Shown here: in pieces, positions 12,409-25,226 of the stretch
How positions within the stretch are numbered: position 1 is the first letter of the stretch
Layout of the letters: each line of letters opens with the position of its first letter
From: Macrostomum lignano
Taxonomy: Eukaryota
Direction of reading: 5' to 3'
DNA: 64,000 bases
Assembly (NCBI GenBank): GCA_002269645.1
Contig: NIVC01000001.1
Coordinates: 1,302,001 to 1,366,000, forward strand
Program-made: the position numbers and the translations under genes
The notes under the pieces: model-generated
Databases searched by the model: none
What the model was told of the DNA's origin: nothing
What the model saw: the letters and a program-made list of their open reading frames with translations, nothing else

Positions 12409-15400
12409 TCCAGAACAGCTTAGCGGCAATTCGCCAATCGCTAGTTGAGGCTCAGTACGAACTGACCGACCGATTCAGCCTCTACCTGTGCGGCCGGCAG
12501 CCAACTCATCAGCTAGGCGTTGTTGCCGGCGCAGCGTTGCACTTCCTGCTGCCAGACAGGGGCGATGACCGGTCGCCGGAGAAGGCCGCCAGCGCCACCA
12601 AGGAGGGCCGGGTCCGGCTGGCCACCCTGCCTGATCGAGTGTTTCAGGTTGTGGATTCGCAGCTTCTATTGAGAGTTGGCCTTAAGTTAAGGTCATTGGC
12701 AATTAGTGCCATTGATGTAGAAGATAGACTGTTGGTCATCAACAGTATAGCTTATAGGCAATTTAGGTCATTGACAATTTTAGTCATAGATATTGTAGCT
12801 TTTGAGAGTCTTGGTGATTAGCAATTCTGGTCATTGACAGCTTAAGTTATAACGATAGTTAAAGTCATTGACAGTGTACATGTACGTGTAGGTCATTGAC
12901 AGTGTACATGCAGGTCATTGACAGTGTACATGTACATGTGGGTCATTGACAGTGTACATGTACATGTGGGTCATTGACAGTGTACGTCTACATGTAGGTC
13001 ATTAACAGTGTACGTCTACATGTAGGTCATTGACAGCGACGTCTACATGTAGGTCATTGACAGTGTAAATATAGGTAATTGATGACACTTGCCAGTGTTA
13101 GTGGTTTGCAGCGTGGACCACAGTCTAGTTTATGATCATAGATATAGCTTAGGTAGGTCATTTGCAGTCTAGTTTATGATCATGGATATAGCTTAGGTCA
13201 TTTGCAGTCTAGTTTATGATCATGGATATAGCTTAGGTCATTGGCAGTCTAGTTTATGATCATAGATATAGCTTAGGTCATTGGCAGTCTAGTTTATGAT
13301 CATAGATATAGCTTAGGTCATTTGCAGTCTAGTTTATGATCATGGATATAGCTTAGGTCATTGGCAGTCTAGTTTATGATCATAGATATAACTTAGGTCA
13401 TAGGCAGTCTAGTTTATGATCATAGATATAGCTTAGGTCATTGGCAGTCTAGTTTATGATCATAGATATAGCTTAGGTCATAGGCAGTCTAGTTTATGAT
13501 CATGGATATAGCTTAGGTCATTGGCAGTCTAGTTTATGATCATAGATATAGCTTAGGTCATAGGCAGTCTAGTTTATGATCATAGATATAGCTTAGGTCA
13601 TAGGCAGTCTAGTTTATGATCATAGATATAGCTTAGGTCATAGGCAGTCTAGTTTATGATCATAGATATAGCTTAGGTCATAGGCAGTGTAACCGCTCGT
13701 GCAGTCTCAGCCATAAACAGATCAAGCGCATGGAATCAAACTCTGGGACTCTAGCTGCAAGAGTCGGGTGCAGGACTCAAAAGATTTAATCGCCAATGCG
13801 TGACCGCTCGCAGGAGCTGTGCAGGGATCTGTACGACGAGCTGGACAGGCGGGACAACAATCGGATAGTGCAGCAGCGCTGTCGCCAGGCCACCAGCGCT
13901 TTCGGTGTTCTCGAATTATTCTTCTTGCCGTTGAGTCCGCATTATTCGTCTACAAGGAATCAGGGCCGACAGAAGCTGGGCCGGCTTAGCGGTCGCGAGT
14001 TCGGCGCCATCCTGTCCGACTCGCTGGAGGAGGCTGCGCGACGTTGCGGCCTGCAGCCGTCTGAAATGGTGAGCAGGGGGTGATGGCTGTCTGCTGTGCG
14101 CTGTCTGCGTCTTCTTCGAGTGATTTCTGTCTAAAGAGTGTCTCTCAGGAATGTCTCTAAGGGGTGTTTGTGAGGGCTGTGTCTGTGAGGGGTGTGTCTG
14201 TGAGGGGTGTCTCTGTGAGGGGTGTCTGTGAGAAGTGTTTATGAGGGATTTCTCTGTGAGGAGGTGTCTGTTGGGGGAGTCTCTGTGAGGGGTGTCTGTT
14301 GGGGGAGTGTCTGTGAGGGGTGTCTCTGTGAGGGGTGTGTCTGTGAGGGGTGTCTCTGTGAGGGGTGTGTCTGTGAGGGGTGTGTCTTTGAGGGGTGTCT
14401 GTGAGGGGTGTCTGTGAGGGGTGTCTCTGTGAGGGGTGTGTCTGTGAGGGGTGTCTGTGAGGGGTGTCTGTGAGGATTGTCTCTGTGAGGTCTTTTTCTG
14501 TAAAGGCTGACTGTGAGGGGTGTATCTCTGAGGGGTGTCTTTTAGGGGTGTCAGTGAGGGGTGTCAGTGAGGGGTGTCAGTGAGGGGTGTCAGTGAGGGG
14601 TGTCAGTGAGGGGTGTCAGTGAGGGGTGTCTGTGAGGGGTGTCTGTGAGGGGTGTCTGTGAGGAGTGTCTATGAGGAGTGTCTCTGAGAAGTATCTTTTA
14701 GGGGTGTCTGTGAGAGGTGTCTGTGAGAGGTGTCTGTGAGAGGTGTCTGTGAGAGGTGTCTGTGAGAGGTGTCTGTGAGAGGTGTCTGTGAGAGGTGTCT
14801 GTGAGGGGTGTCTGTGAGGGCGTGTGTCTGTGAGGTCTGTCTGTGAGGTCTGTCTCTGTGAAGGGGTGTCAGTGAGGAGTGTCTCTGTGAGGTCTGTCTC
14901 TGTGAAGGGGTGTCTGTAAGGGGTGTCTCTGTGAGGGGTGTCTGTAAGGGGTGTCTCTGTGAGGGGTGTCTGTAAGGGGTGTCTCTGTGAGGGGTGTCTG
15001 TAAGGGGTGTCTCTGTGAGGGGTGTCTGTGAGCAAATGGCTGAGAAGTCTGTAGAAGGCTTTCTCATTGAAATTTATTTCTAATGGATCCTCCCGCCATT
15101 GCCGCACCTTCACACGTGCATAAAGCTTCTGTTATTCTCTCCATTGGCACCGGCCAACTCCGCCAGGTGCGCGCCAGATTCAGCCGCCAGCAGCAGCTCA
15201 GCAGCTCTCTAGACAGCATTGTGGACACCGCCCAGCTGCAGAAGGAGCAGCACCAGCCGCAGCGCCAGCTACCACAGCAGCGCCACCAGCAGCACCAGCA
15301 GCAGCAGCGGTGTAAATCAGAGTTCCACGCCTCCAGCCGCGGCCCGCCGCCGCCGCCGCCGCCTCGTTCCGACGCGCGTCGAGACGATCCGGTGTACGAC

Positions 15401-18400
15401 ACGGTGCCAGCCGACTCGGAATACGCCAGCATTAATCCTCCTCAGCTTAGGCAGAAGAAGGCCGCCACTGCCAATCCGGCTAATCCGGTCAGTTGAGCTG
15501 GCTTCACTCAGTCGGGGATAAACGGGTTTATCTATATAGGATTCTATTTATAGCGCTAATGCAGTGTAGCCTGAGAAATATGAAGGCTTAGGCTGCCAGC
15601 TACTAACCTCATTTTCATTCTTGTTTTCTGGGCGCTCTCCCAGTCTCTCTTGGTGTTTCCTATTGGTTTCAATTCTTGCTGTATCCTGCAAGCGGGAATA
15701 TATTGCTAGTAGGCAATGGTAGTAAGTAGAAGTTTTGCTTTAAAAATTCAACAGCGATTTTTAAACTAGGAATTTCTTCAACTTTGCCGACGATTCCGCT
15801 AATTAGTGGGGCCCAGTATGTCCCTGTCCGCGGTGGCTTCACCTAACACTGCTGGAGACTTGAAAACGGAATGCCTCTGGGAGGGATGTCCTTTTGAGTG
15901 ATGTCTCTGCGGGGTGTCTATGAGTGATGTCTCTGCGAGGTGTCTCTGAGTGATGTCTATGCGGGGTGTCTCTGAGTGATGTCCCTGCGGGCTGTCTATG
16001 AGTGATGTCTCTGCGGGGTGTCTATGAGTGATGTCTCTGCGGGGTGTCCCTGAGTGATGTCTTTGCGGGGTGTCTCTGAGTGATGTCTCTGCGGGGTGTC
16101 TCTGAGTGATGTCTCTGCGGGGTGTCTCTGAGTGATGTCTCTGCGGGGTGTCTATGAGCAATGTCTCTGCGGGGTGTCTATGAGCAATGTCTCTGCGGGG
16201 TGTCTATGAGCAATGTCTCTGCGGGGTGTCTCTGAGTGATGTCTTTGCGGGGTGTCTCTGAGTGATGTCCCTGCGGGCTGTCTATGAGTGATGTCTCTGC
16301 GGGGTGTCTATGAGTGATGTCTCTGCGGGGTGTCTATGAGTGATGTCTCTGCGGGGTGTCCCTGAGTGATGTCTTTGCGGGGTGTCTCTGAGTGATGTCT
16401 CTGCAGGTGTCTCTGAGTGATGTCTCTGCGGGGTGTCTATGAGTGATGTCTCTGCGGGGTGTCTCTGAGCAATGTCTCTGCGGGGTGTCTATGAGTGATG
16501 TCTCTGCGGGGTGTCTATGAGTGATGTCTCTGCGGGGTGTCTCTGAGCAATGTCTCTGCGGGGTGTCTATGAGCAATGTCTCTGCGGGGTGTCTATGAGC
16601 AATGTCTCTGCGGGGTGTCTATGAGTGATGTCTCTGCGGGTGTCTATGAGCAATGTCTCTGCGGGGTGTCTATGAGCAATGTCTCTGCGGGGTGTCTATG
16701 AGCAATGTCTCTGCGGGGTGTCTCTGAGCAATGTCTCTGCGGGGTGTCTATGAGCAATGTCTCTGCGGGGTGTCTATGAGCAATGTCTCTGCGGGGTGTC
16801 TATGAGTGATGTCTCTGCGGGGTGTCTATGAGCAATGTCTCTGCGGGGTGTCTATGAGCAATGTCTCTGCGGGGTGTCTATGAGCAATGTCTCTGCGGGG
16901 TGTCTATGAGCAATGTCTCTGCGGGGTGTCTATGAGCAATGTCTCTGCGGGGTGTCTATGAGCAATGTCTCTGCGGGGTGTCTATGAGCAATGTCTCTGC
17001 GGGGTGTCTATGAGCAATGTCTCTGCGGGGTGTCTATGAGTGATGTCTCTGCGGGGTGTCTATGAGCAATGTCTCTGCGGGGTGTCTATGAGTGATGTCT
17101 TTTATCAAGCAAGATTAAATCGAAAATTACAAAACAGCCATCCAGTGTACAAGCCTGACGATTAGAAAGTCGAAGGGCCGCTGTACACCATCTATGAGCG
17201 TGAGTATGGGTGCATGTCTGCGTACAGTATTGGGGCGCTTGCATTGTGCTCAGGATTCTGCGGAATGAGCAGAATTGCCGTCAGCGCAGGAATTTCGGGA
17301 TGATGTCGCTGAAGGCGTTGCGTCTATATGCATGTAGTGTTTCAACTTCCCATCCGTCCAATGAATTTCAAGCCGAATTTGCATAACCAGTTGACTGTAT
17401 CTTTTGCAATAGTCTGCTAGAGTTATAAAAAGTAGTTTATAATTTCGGGCACTCTGCTAGGCGACAAGGCGAGAGACGTAAGGGGGGAGGGCGAGCGGCG
17501 AGAGTCTCACTCATTCTAAGCTGATCTCCAGTCTCTTCGCCACCCCCTTCCCCCCAAAAAGTTACTCGAGAATATTTTTAGCAGAATTCTGGCAGTGTTT
17601 TTCCACACGACTGATGTAGGAAGGGGGGTAGAGGGGGGTTAGGGAAGGACTTTCCTTTTTCGGACTGAACTTTGCACTGTACAAGCCGGGCTGGTGTGAC
17701 CAGACCGACATCTCCCCCCCCGCCCCTCTGGGCCTTATCAGTGAAATTCTCCGCTCAGCCAGCCAGCAATCTGCGGTGTTTCTCCACCGCGGCCTGCGGG
17801 ATTCCCCCGGAATGCTCCGCGGCCTGCGGGATCTTCTTAACTGCGCTTGCTGCCTATCTGTGCCTGGAATTTTATTTTATGCTTGTTTAACAGCCAGTCC
17901 GCTGCTGTGTGCAGGAATGACAACCAGTTTAGTTTGGGCTTTGGTGCGACTCCTTGCTGGTGCTGCGGTTGTAGGGACTGGCTGTTTGCAGATTGACTTG
18001 ACCTTGTCCAGATCCTCATTTTCTCGGCCATCGCTACCCTCCCAGATCCTCAGTTTCTCGGCCATCGCTACCCTCCCAGATCCTCAGTTTCTCGGCCATC
18101 GCTACCCTCCCAGATCCTCAGTTTCTCGGCCATCGCTACCCTCCCAGATCCTCAGTTTCTCGGCCATCGCTACCCTCCCAGATCCTCTGTTGCTAGGCCA
18201 GCCTCCCAGATTCTCTGTTGCTAGGCCAGCCTCCCAGATTCTCTGTTGCTAGGCCAGCCTCCCAGATCCCCAGTTGCTGAGCCAGCTTCCCAGATCCTCA
18301 GCTCCTGGGCCAGCCTCCCAGACCCCCAGTTGCTGGGCCAGCCTTCCAGACCCCCAGTTGCTGGGCCAGCTTCCCAGATCCTCAGTTGCTGGGCCAGCCT

Positions 18401-21400
18401 CCCAGATCCCCAGTTGCTGGGCCAGCCTCCCAGATCCCCAGTTGCTGGGCCAGCCTCCCAGACCCCCAGTTGCTGGGCCAGCCTCCCAGACCCCCAGTTG
18501 CTGGGCCAGCTTCCCAGACCCCCAGTTGCTGGGCCAGCCTCCCAGACCCCCAGTTGCTGGGCCAGCCTCCCAGATCCTCAGTTGCTGGGCCAGCCTCCCA
18601 GACCCCCAGTTGCTGAGCCAGCCTCCCAGACCCCAGTTGCTGGGCCAGCCTCCCAGATCCCCAGTTGCTGGGCCAGCTCCCACGCCCCAGATGCCGAGTC
18701 TCATTCGCCACAACCCGGCCCGCAGCAGGAGGCGTCAAAGCCAGTTCCGGCCAGCGCAGCAGAGGCTCCAGCTAGGAATGCCAAGTCGGAGCTCTGCGCA
18801 GGCACCAGCGGCGCTGGGGACCTCGCCAGTGCCGCTGCAGGGGGACGAGAAGAACGAAAAGAGGTGAGTTGTTTTGCAGTTTTAAAGAGTTGCCTACGCT
18901 ACATATTGGTGGGGGCTTCACTGCGTGGCTGAATCTCATTAGTCAGAGTGGTCTGGAGGGAAGTTGCAGTGGTTGGCTGTCGCAGGCTGCTTTGTTGTGC
19001 GGTTTAGAAGGGGGTTCGGGCTTGTTATACGGTAGCTCGAATATCGAATGACTCGAAGTGGGCGGGGGGCAGCTAAGGCAGCCAGCAGCTCAGCTTGAAG
19101 TGCACAGAGTGCAGAGAAGCTTCTGCTTCTGGCTTCGCTCTGCCAAAGAATATGGGAGAGAGGCGAGTACTCCCCCCCTCCCAATCGGTCTGCCTGGCCG
19201 CTTCCCTTCTTCCTTCGTTCCCACCGAAAAATGTTTTCCAATTCTTTTCCTTCATCATCTTCTTCGTCTTCTTCTACCGGGTGTAGGGGAGTCCGATCGA
19301 TAGAGACAGAAACAGTTTTGTGTCAGCCAAGGCGGGGTAAGGATTTTGCTTAATACAAGCGGGGATCTTCATCAAGCTTTGTGTCATGTTAAGTTTATAA
19401 TTTCGTTTTTTTCACCGTTTTCCTACTTGATTGGCGTGAGTAGTATATTATTCGATCATGTGCAACATCCTTGAAACCAATTGATTTCAGATTCTCCAAC
19501 CAGTTGCATCATCGGTTGGGGCGACTTCGGCGGTGACAGCAGCCTTGGAGCAGACTGGCGAGCTGACCGCATTGCGCACTATGAATGCCCGCCTCGCTGA
19601 AGAGAATCGGCAGTTGAGACAGCGGGTTGACCAGCTTATGGCCCAGGTCTGGGATGCGGCTCTCTGTTTGTGGAGGTGCAGATTTTAGATTATAGATAAT
19701 GCTGCCTCGTTAGGGTGATGATGCTGGTCTCGGAGGGTGATGATGCTGGTCTCGGAGGGTGATGATGCTGGTCTCGGAGGGTGATGATGCTGGTCTCGGA
19801 GGGTGATGATGCTGGTCTCGGAGGGTGATGATGCTGGTCTCGGAGGGTGATGATGCTGGTCTCGGAGGGTGATGATGCTGGTCTCGGAGGGTGATGATGC
19901 TGGTCTCGGAGGGTGATGATGCTGGTCTCGGAGGGTGATGATGCTGGTCTCAGTGGATAATGATGCTGGTCTCAGTGGGTGATGATTCTGGTGATGATGC
20001 TGGTCTCGGAGGGTGATGATGCTGGTTTCGGAGGGTGATGATGCTGGTCTCGGAGGGTGATGATGCTGGTCTCGGAGGGTGATGATGCTGGTCTCGGAGG
20101 GTGATGATGCTGGTCTCGGAGGGTGATGATGCTGGTCTCGGAGGGTGATGATGCTGGTCTCGGAGGGTGATGATGCTGGTCTCGGAGGGTGATGATGCTG
20201 GTCTCGGAGGGTTCAGGATGATGCTGGTCTCGGAGGGTGATGATGCTGGTCTCGGAGGGTGATGATGCTGGTCTTGGAGGGTGATGATGCTGGTCTCGGA
20301 GGGTTCAGGATGATGCTGGTCTCGGAGGCTGGAGATGATGCTGGTCGATTTCAATCGAACGAAGGCGACAAGATTGGTATATCGCAGTTCTCTGGCCTCA
20401 ATGTACTGCCATCTTATCCGAGGTTCTCGCCCCCGCACCGCCCCGCTGCCGCTCGCAGAACTCGGACCTGTCCGCCCGGCTGCAGCAGATGCTCGCTGCC
20501 CGTTCAGTCCAGGCTTCTCAGCCGCCGGCCGGCTCGCCGACTCCGCCGACGCCGCCGCCGCCTCTATCGCCGGCGTCGTGTCGATCGCGCAACAATTCAT
20601 CGGCGTCCAACTATTCGGCCGGCTGCGGCGCCCTTAACACCGGCGTCCTGCTGCGCGCCGGCATCCGGCAAGCTGCCGCCGCAGCCGCCGCCGCCGCTGC
20701 CGCTTCGTCGCCGAGCCGGCCGCACACCACCATCGGCCAGCATCAGCATCATCAGCATCACCGACGTCTACAACAACAACAACAGCATCAACAGCAGCAG
20801 CATCAGCATCAGCGGTATCAGAATCTGGAAGAAGTCGAGCCGCTGCCGCCCCCGCAGTTGCAGTCGGCCGACAATTCGACGAGTTTTGTTGCCAACTCGA
20901 CGCCTCAACCGCCGCAGCCGCCGCCGCCGCTGCTGCTGTCTTCGCCGATGTCGGCAGCCTGCATGGCCCGCCCGACGCCCGTCGTGCCGCCCACCGTGCC
21001 GGAGTCGTCCGCAGTTGACGAAGCCGCAGCTGCCGAAGCTCGAAGCGACGGCGACGGCGAAGGCGAAGGCGACGCCGATGTTTTAACCCCAGTCGGCCAG
21101 CAGCTGGACATTAATGTCGATGAGGTCAACTGCGTCGATATTGACTTCGACAACTTGGAGGCTGCTGAAGGAGGAGGTGCCGCCGCCTGTTCAGCAGCAG
21201 CGGCAGCGACGGCCGTTGACGATGGAGACGCTGACTACGACCAGCCGCCGGCTGAGACCGACGAGGAAGACAACGAGATGTGCAACGAACGCAGGCCGCC
21301 AACTCAGGTTGGTTCAGCTTTCAGCCTCTAATGCGATCTTGAATCCCCTAATCCCAATGCTCACATGCTTTAATCCCAATCTCTAATCCCATGATCCCAA

Positions 21401-24400
21401 TGCTCACATGCTTTATTCCCAATCTCTAATCCCATGATCCCAATGCTTACATACTATAATCCCAATCTCTAATCTTATGATCTCAATGCTCACATACTAT
21501 AATCCCAATCTCTAATCCCATGATCCCAATGCTCACATACTATAATCCCAATCTCTAATCCCATGATCCCAATGCTTACATACTATAATCCCAATCTCTA
21601 ATCCCATGATCCCAATGCTCACATACTATAATCCCAATCTCTAATCTTATGATCCCAATGCTCACATACTCTAATCCCATTATCCCAATGCTCACATACT
21701 ATAATCCCAATCTCTAATCCCATGATCTCAATGCTCACATACTATAATCCCAATCTCTAATCCCATGATCCCAATGCTCACATGCTATAATCTCAATCTC
21801 TAATCCCATGATCCCAATGCTCACATACTATAATCCCAATCTCTAATCCCATGATCCCAATGCTCACATACTAGAATACCAATCTCTAATCCCATGATCC
21901 CAATGCTCACATACTATAATCCCAATCTCTAATCCCATGATCCCAATGCTCACATGCTATAATCTCAATCTCTAATCCCATGATCCCAATGCTCACATAC
22001 TATAATCCCAATCTCTAATCCCATGATCCCAATGCTCACATACTATAATCTCAATCTCTAATCCCATGATCCCAATGCTCACATACTATAATCTCAATCT
22101 CTAATCCCATGATCCCAATGCTTACATACTATAATCCCAATCTCTAATCTTATGATCTCAATGCTCACATACTATAATCCCAATCTCTAATCCCATGATC
22201 CCAATGCTCACATACTATAATCTCAATCTCTAATCCCATGATCCCAATGCTTACATACTATAATCCCAATCTCTAATCCCATGATCCCAATGCTCACATA
22301 CTATAATCCCAATCTCTAATCTTATGATCCCAATGCTCACATACTCTAATCCCATTATCCCAATGCTCACATACTATAATCCCAATCTCTAATCCCATGA
22401 TCTCAATGCTCACATACTATAATCCCAATCTCTAATCCCATGATCCCAATGCTCACATGCTATAATCTCAATCTCTAATCCCATGATCCCAATGCTCACA
22501 TACTATAATCCCAATCTCTAATCCCATGATCCCAATGCTCACATACTAGAATACCAATCTCTAATCCCATGATCCCAATGCTCACATACTATAATCCCAA
22601 TCTCTAATCCCATGATCCCAATGCTCACATGCTATAATCTCAATCTCTAATCCCATGATCCCAATGCTCACATACTATAATCCCAATCTCTAATCCCATG
22701 ATCCCAATGCTCACATACTATAATCTCAATCTCTAATCCCATGATCCCAATGCTCACATACTATAATCCCAATCTCTAATCCCATGATCCTAATGCTCAC
22801 ATACTGGAATACCAATCTCTAATCCCATTATCCCAATGCTCACATACTATAATCCCAATCTCTAATCCCATGATCCCAATGCTCACATGCTATAATCTCA
22901 ATCTCTAATCCCATGATCCCAATGCTCACATACTATAATCCCAATCTCTAATCCCATGATCCCAATGCTCACATACTATAATCCCAATCTTTAATCCCAT
23001 GATCCCAATGCTCACATACTATAATCCCAATCTCTAATCCCATTATCCCAATGCTCACATACTATAATCCCAATCTCTAATCCCATTATCCCAATGCTCA
23101 CATACTATAATCCCAATCTCTAATCCCATGATCCCAATGCTCACATACTATAATCCCAATCTCTAATCCCATGATCCCAATGCTCACATGCTATAATCTC
23201 AATCTCTAATCCCATGATCCCAATGCTCACATACTATAATCTCAATCTCTAATCCCATGATCCCAATGCTCACATACTATAATCCCAATCTCTAATCCCA
23301 TGATCCCAATGCTCACATACTATAATCCCAATCTCTAATCCCATGATCCCAATGCTCACATACTATAATACCAATCTCTAATCCCATGATCCCAATGCTC
23401 ACATACTATAATCCCAATCTCTAATCCCATGATCCCAATGCTCACATACTATAATACCAATCTCTAATACCATTATCCCAATGCTCACACACTATAATCC
23501 CAATCTCTAATCCCATGATCCCAATGCTCACATACTATAATACCAATCTCTAATACCATTATCCCAATGCTCACACACTATAATCCCAATCTCTAATCCC
23601 ATGATCCCAATGCTCACATACTATAATACCAATCTCTAATACCATTATCCCAATGCTCACACACTATAATCCCAATGTCCCTCACCCTCATCTGGGTCAA
23701 TTCTCTAGGCACAAAAGTGTGTTACTGCCTGGAAACACACCTGGGGAAGTCAGTGTATTACTTAGTGTGTAACTGACGTGAGTGTACTCAGAGTTCCTAT
23801 TCATAATGGCAGGAAATCTTACTTATGTCCATCCCCCATCCTACTGCAATGTCCCCAATTCAGGAGGAGGTGGTCGCCCGCACCGAGGCCATCACGTCGG
23901 AGATCTACAAAATGCTGGAGGCGGCTCGCAGCGGATCGCACGATAATTTTTCTGAACAATCCAGACGCGTCAGGCAGGCCGTGCTGCGCATGACCGCCAT
24001 TGCGCCCAGGGTGCGTGCTGAGGGACATTTGCCTGTTAGCAGTGTACTCAACCCCTGTCATCAATGTACACACAGACCCATCAGCAATGTACATACAGAC
24101 CCATCAGCAATGTACACACAGAGCCCTATCAGCAATGTACACACAGACCCATCAGCAATGTACACACAGACCCATCAGCAATGTACACACAGTGCCCTAT
24201 CAGCAATGTACACACAGACCCATCAGCAATGTACACACAGACCCATCAGCAATGTACACACTGACCCATCAGCAATGTACACACAGACCCATCAGCAATG
24301 TACACACAGAGACCCATCAGCAATGTACACACAGACCCATCAGCAATGTACACACAGACCCATCAGCAATGTACACACAGAGACCCATCAGCAATGTACA

Positions 24401-25210
24401 CACAGACCCATCAGCAATGTACACACAGACCCATCAGCAATGTACACACTGACCCATCAGCAATGTACACAGAGACCCATCAGCAATGTACACACAGACC
24501 CATCAGCAATGTACACACAGACCCATCAGCAATGTACACACAGACCCATCAGCAATGTACACACAGAGACCCATCAGCAATGTACACACAGACCCATCAG
24601 CAATGTACACAGAGACCCATCAGCAATGTACACACAGAGACCCATCAGCAATGTACACACAGAGACCCATCGGCAATGTACACACAGACCCATCAGCAAT
24701 GTACACACAGAGACCCATCGGCAATGTACACACAGACCCATCAGCAATGTACACACAGACCCATCAGCAATGTACACACAGTGCCCCATCAGCAATGTGC
24801 ACACAGACCCATCGGCAATGTACACACAGACCCATCAGCAATGTACACACAGAGACCCATCAGCAATGTACACACAGAGACCCATCGGCAATGTACACAG
24901 AGACCCATCGGCAATGTACACACAGACCCATCAGCAATGTACACACAAACCCATCAGCAATGTACACACAGACCCATCAGCAATGTACACACAGAGACCC
25001 ATCAGCAATGTACACCCATCCCCACCTCTGCAGACGCAAGCCCACCAGCGCCAGGCCGTGGACGCGCTGCTGACGGCCGCGGACACACTGAGCGCGGAGT
25101 GCCGCAGCCCGCCCAGCCCCTCGGAGCTGAGCCGCCGCACCCAGCAGGTCATTCAGTGCTGCTTCGACATCGCCAAGGCTGCCAAAGCTCTGGTGACGCT
25201 GTTTCAGTAA
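11049..25210 (+). CDS. Git: GIT1/GIT2-family ARF GTPase-activating protein, multi-exon; the N-terminal ArfGAP zinc-finger exons lie left of the window
   Basis: Spliced translation matches GIT motifs in order: HPVKADFIKQKYQLLAF (end of ArfGAP), QLHASVRTPNLETSFRLLSLGANPNF (ankyrin), QYELTDRFSLYLCGR, ELCRDLYDELDRRD and STRNQGRQKLGRLSGREF (Spa2 homology), coiled coil, and TQQVIQCCFDIAKAAKALV (paxillin-binding). Introns are GT-AG. Confidence 0.95.
11325..12125. repeat. 21-bp minisatellite (GAGAATGGAGCAGATTGGGTG)n in a GIT intron
   Basis: About 38 tandem copies. Confidence 0.95.
12246..12647 (+). CDS. Git: GIT exon: ankyrin repeat with polyQ insertion, linker, start of Spa2-homology domain
   Basis: Phase 0 to 0; VELLLVYGASPTLPDGRGATPI...QYELTDRFSLYLCGR...LPDRVFQ. 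Confidence 0.92.
12330..12407 (+). repeat. Pure (CAG)26 coding repeat (polyQ)
   Basis: 78 nt of uninterrupted CAG, in frame within a GIT exon. Confidence 0.95.
12860..13075. repeat. ~28-bp minisatellite (GGTCATTGACAGTGTACATGTACATGTG)n
   Basis: Degenerate tandem copies in a GIT intron. Confidence 0.85.
13120..13690. repeat. 40-bp minisatellite (GCAGTCTAGTTTATGATCATAGATATAGCTTAGGTCATTG)n
   Basis: About 14 tandem copies. Confidence 0.95.
13814..14068 (+). CDS. Git: GIT exon: Spa2-homology (SHD) domain
   Basis: ELCRDLYDELDRRD...PHYSSTRNQGRQKLGRLSGREFGAILSD; donor GTGAGC. Confidence 0.93.
14160..15030. repeat. 13-15-bp minisatellite (TGTGAGGGGTGTC[TC])n
   Basis: GT-rich tandem array in a GIT intron. 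Confidence 0.9.
15167..15487 (+). CDS. Git: GIT exon: low-complexity region with DDPVYDTVPADSEY motif
   Basis: Phase-0 acceptor ccgccag, donor GTCAGT; the YDTV motif resembles DYDSV of vertebrate GIT. Confidence 0.75.
15885..17100. repeat. 26-bp minisatellite (GTCTCTGCGGGGTGTCTATGAGCAAT)n
   Basis: About 46 tandem copies. Confidence 0.95.
17146..17199 (+). CDS. Git: Possible small GIT exon (CTSLTIRKSKGRCTPSMS)
   Basis: AG at 17144-17145, GTGAGT donor at 17200, frame-preserving and stop-free; no homology support. Confidence 0.25.
17898..17943 (+). CDS. Git: Possible small GIT exon (SAAVCRNDNQFSLGF)
   Basis: Phase 0 to 1 would reconcile the 15487 donor with the 18691 acceptor; the acceptor choice in aacag-ccag is ambiguous. 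Confidence 0.3.
18008..18680 (+). repeat. Compound array: 34-bp unit x5, then 28-bp (CCCAGATCCTCAGTTGCTGGGCCAGCCT)n
   Basis: Tandem periodicity; the array ends just before the 18691 acceptor. Confidence 0.9.
18691..18863 (+). CDS. Git: GIT exon: disordered linker (DAESHSPQPGP...REERKE)
   Basis: Acceptor gccccag, strong GTGAGT donor at 18864, ends phase 0 as the next exon requires. Confidence 0.6.
19491..19646 (+). CDS. Git: GIT exon: coiled coil
   Basis: ILQPVASS...LRTMNARLAEENRQLRQRVDQLMAQ; acceptor gatttcag, donor GTCTGG; 156 nt. Confidence 0.8.
19712..20330. repeat. 22-bp minisatellite (GGGTGATGATGCTGGTCTCGGA)n
   Basis: About 28 tandem copies. Confidence 0.95.
20459..21307 (+). CDS. Git: GIT exon: end of coiled coil plus long Ala/Gln/Pro/acidic low-complexity region
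   Basis: 849-nt open frame NSDLSARLQQMLAAR...DYDQPP...RRPPTQ, flanked by cgcag and GTTGGT. Confidence 0.8.
21340..23675. repeat. 43-bp minisatellite (TAATCCCATGATCCCAATGCTCACATACTATAATCCCAATCTC)n
   Basis: About 54 copies filling a 2.5-kb GIT intron. Confidence 0.95.
23864..24010 (+). CDS. Git: GIT exon: paxillin-binding (FAT-like) domain, first half
   Basis: EEVVARTEAITSEIYKMLEAAR...VRQAVLRMTAIAPR, comparable to vertebrate EDVILKTEQVTKNIQELLRAAQ. Confidence 0.9.
24060..25020. repeat. 23/25-bp minisatellite (CCCATCAGCAATGTACACACAGA[GA])n
   Basis: Fills the last GIT intron. Confidence 0.95.
25034..25210 (+). CDS. Git: GIT terminal exon: paxillin-binding domain, second half
   Basis: TQAHQRQAVDALL...TQQVIQCCFDIAKAAKALVTLFQ then TAA. 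Confidence 0.93.
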   Translation, partial: TQAHQRQAVDALLTAADTLSAECRSPPSPSELSRRTQQVIQCCFDIAKAAKALVTLFQ

Positions 25211-25220
25211 ATTCTCATCT

Positions 25221-25226
25221 AATAAA
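25221..25226 (+). terminator. Putative polyadenylation signal AATAAA of GIT
   Basis: AATAAA starts 11 nt after the stop codon. Confidence 0.45.

Noticed and set aside
18246-18690. Proline-rich 28-aa repeat protein ([15 protein letters not shown]...), also at 40042-40747
   Set aside because: A 28-bp intronic minisatellite read through three frames; not coding.
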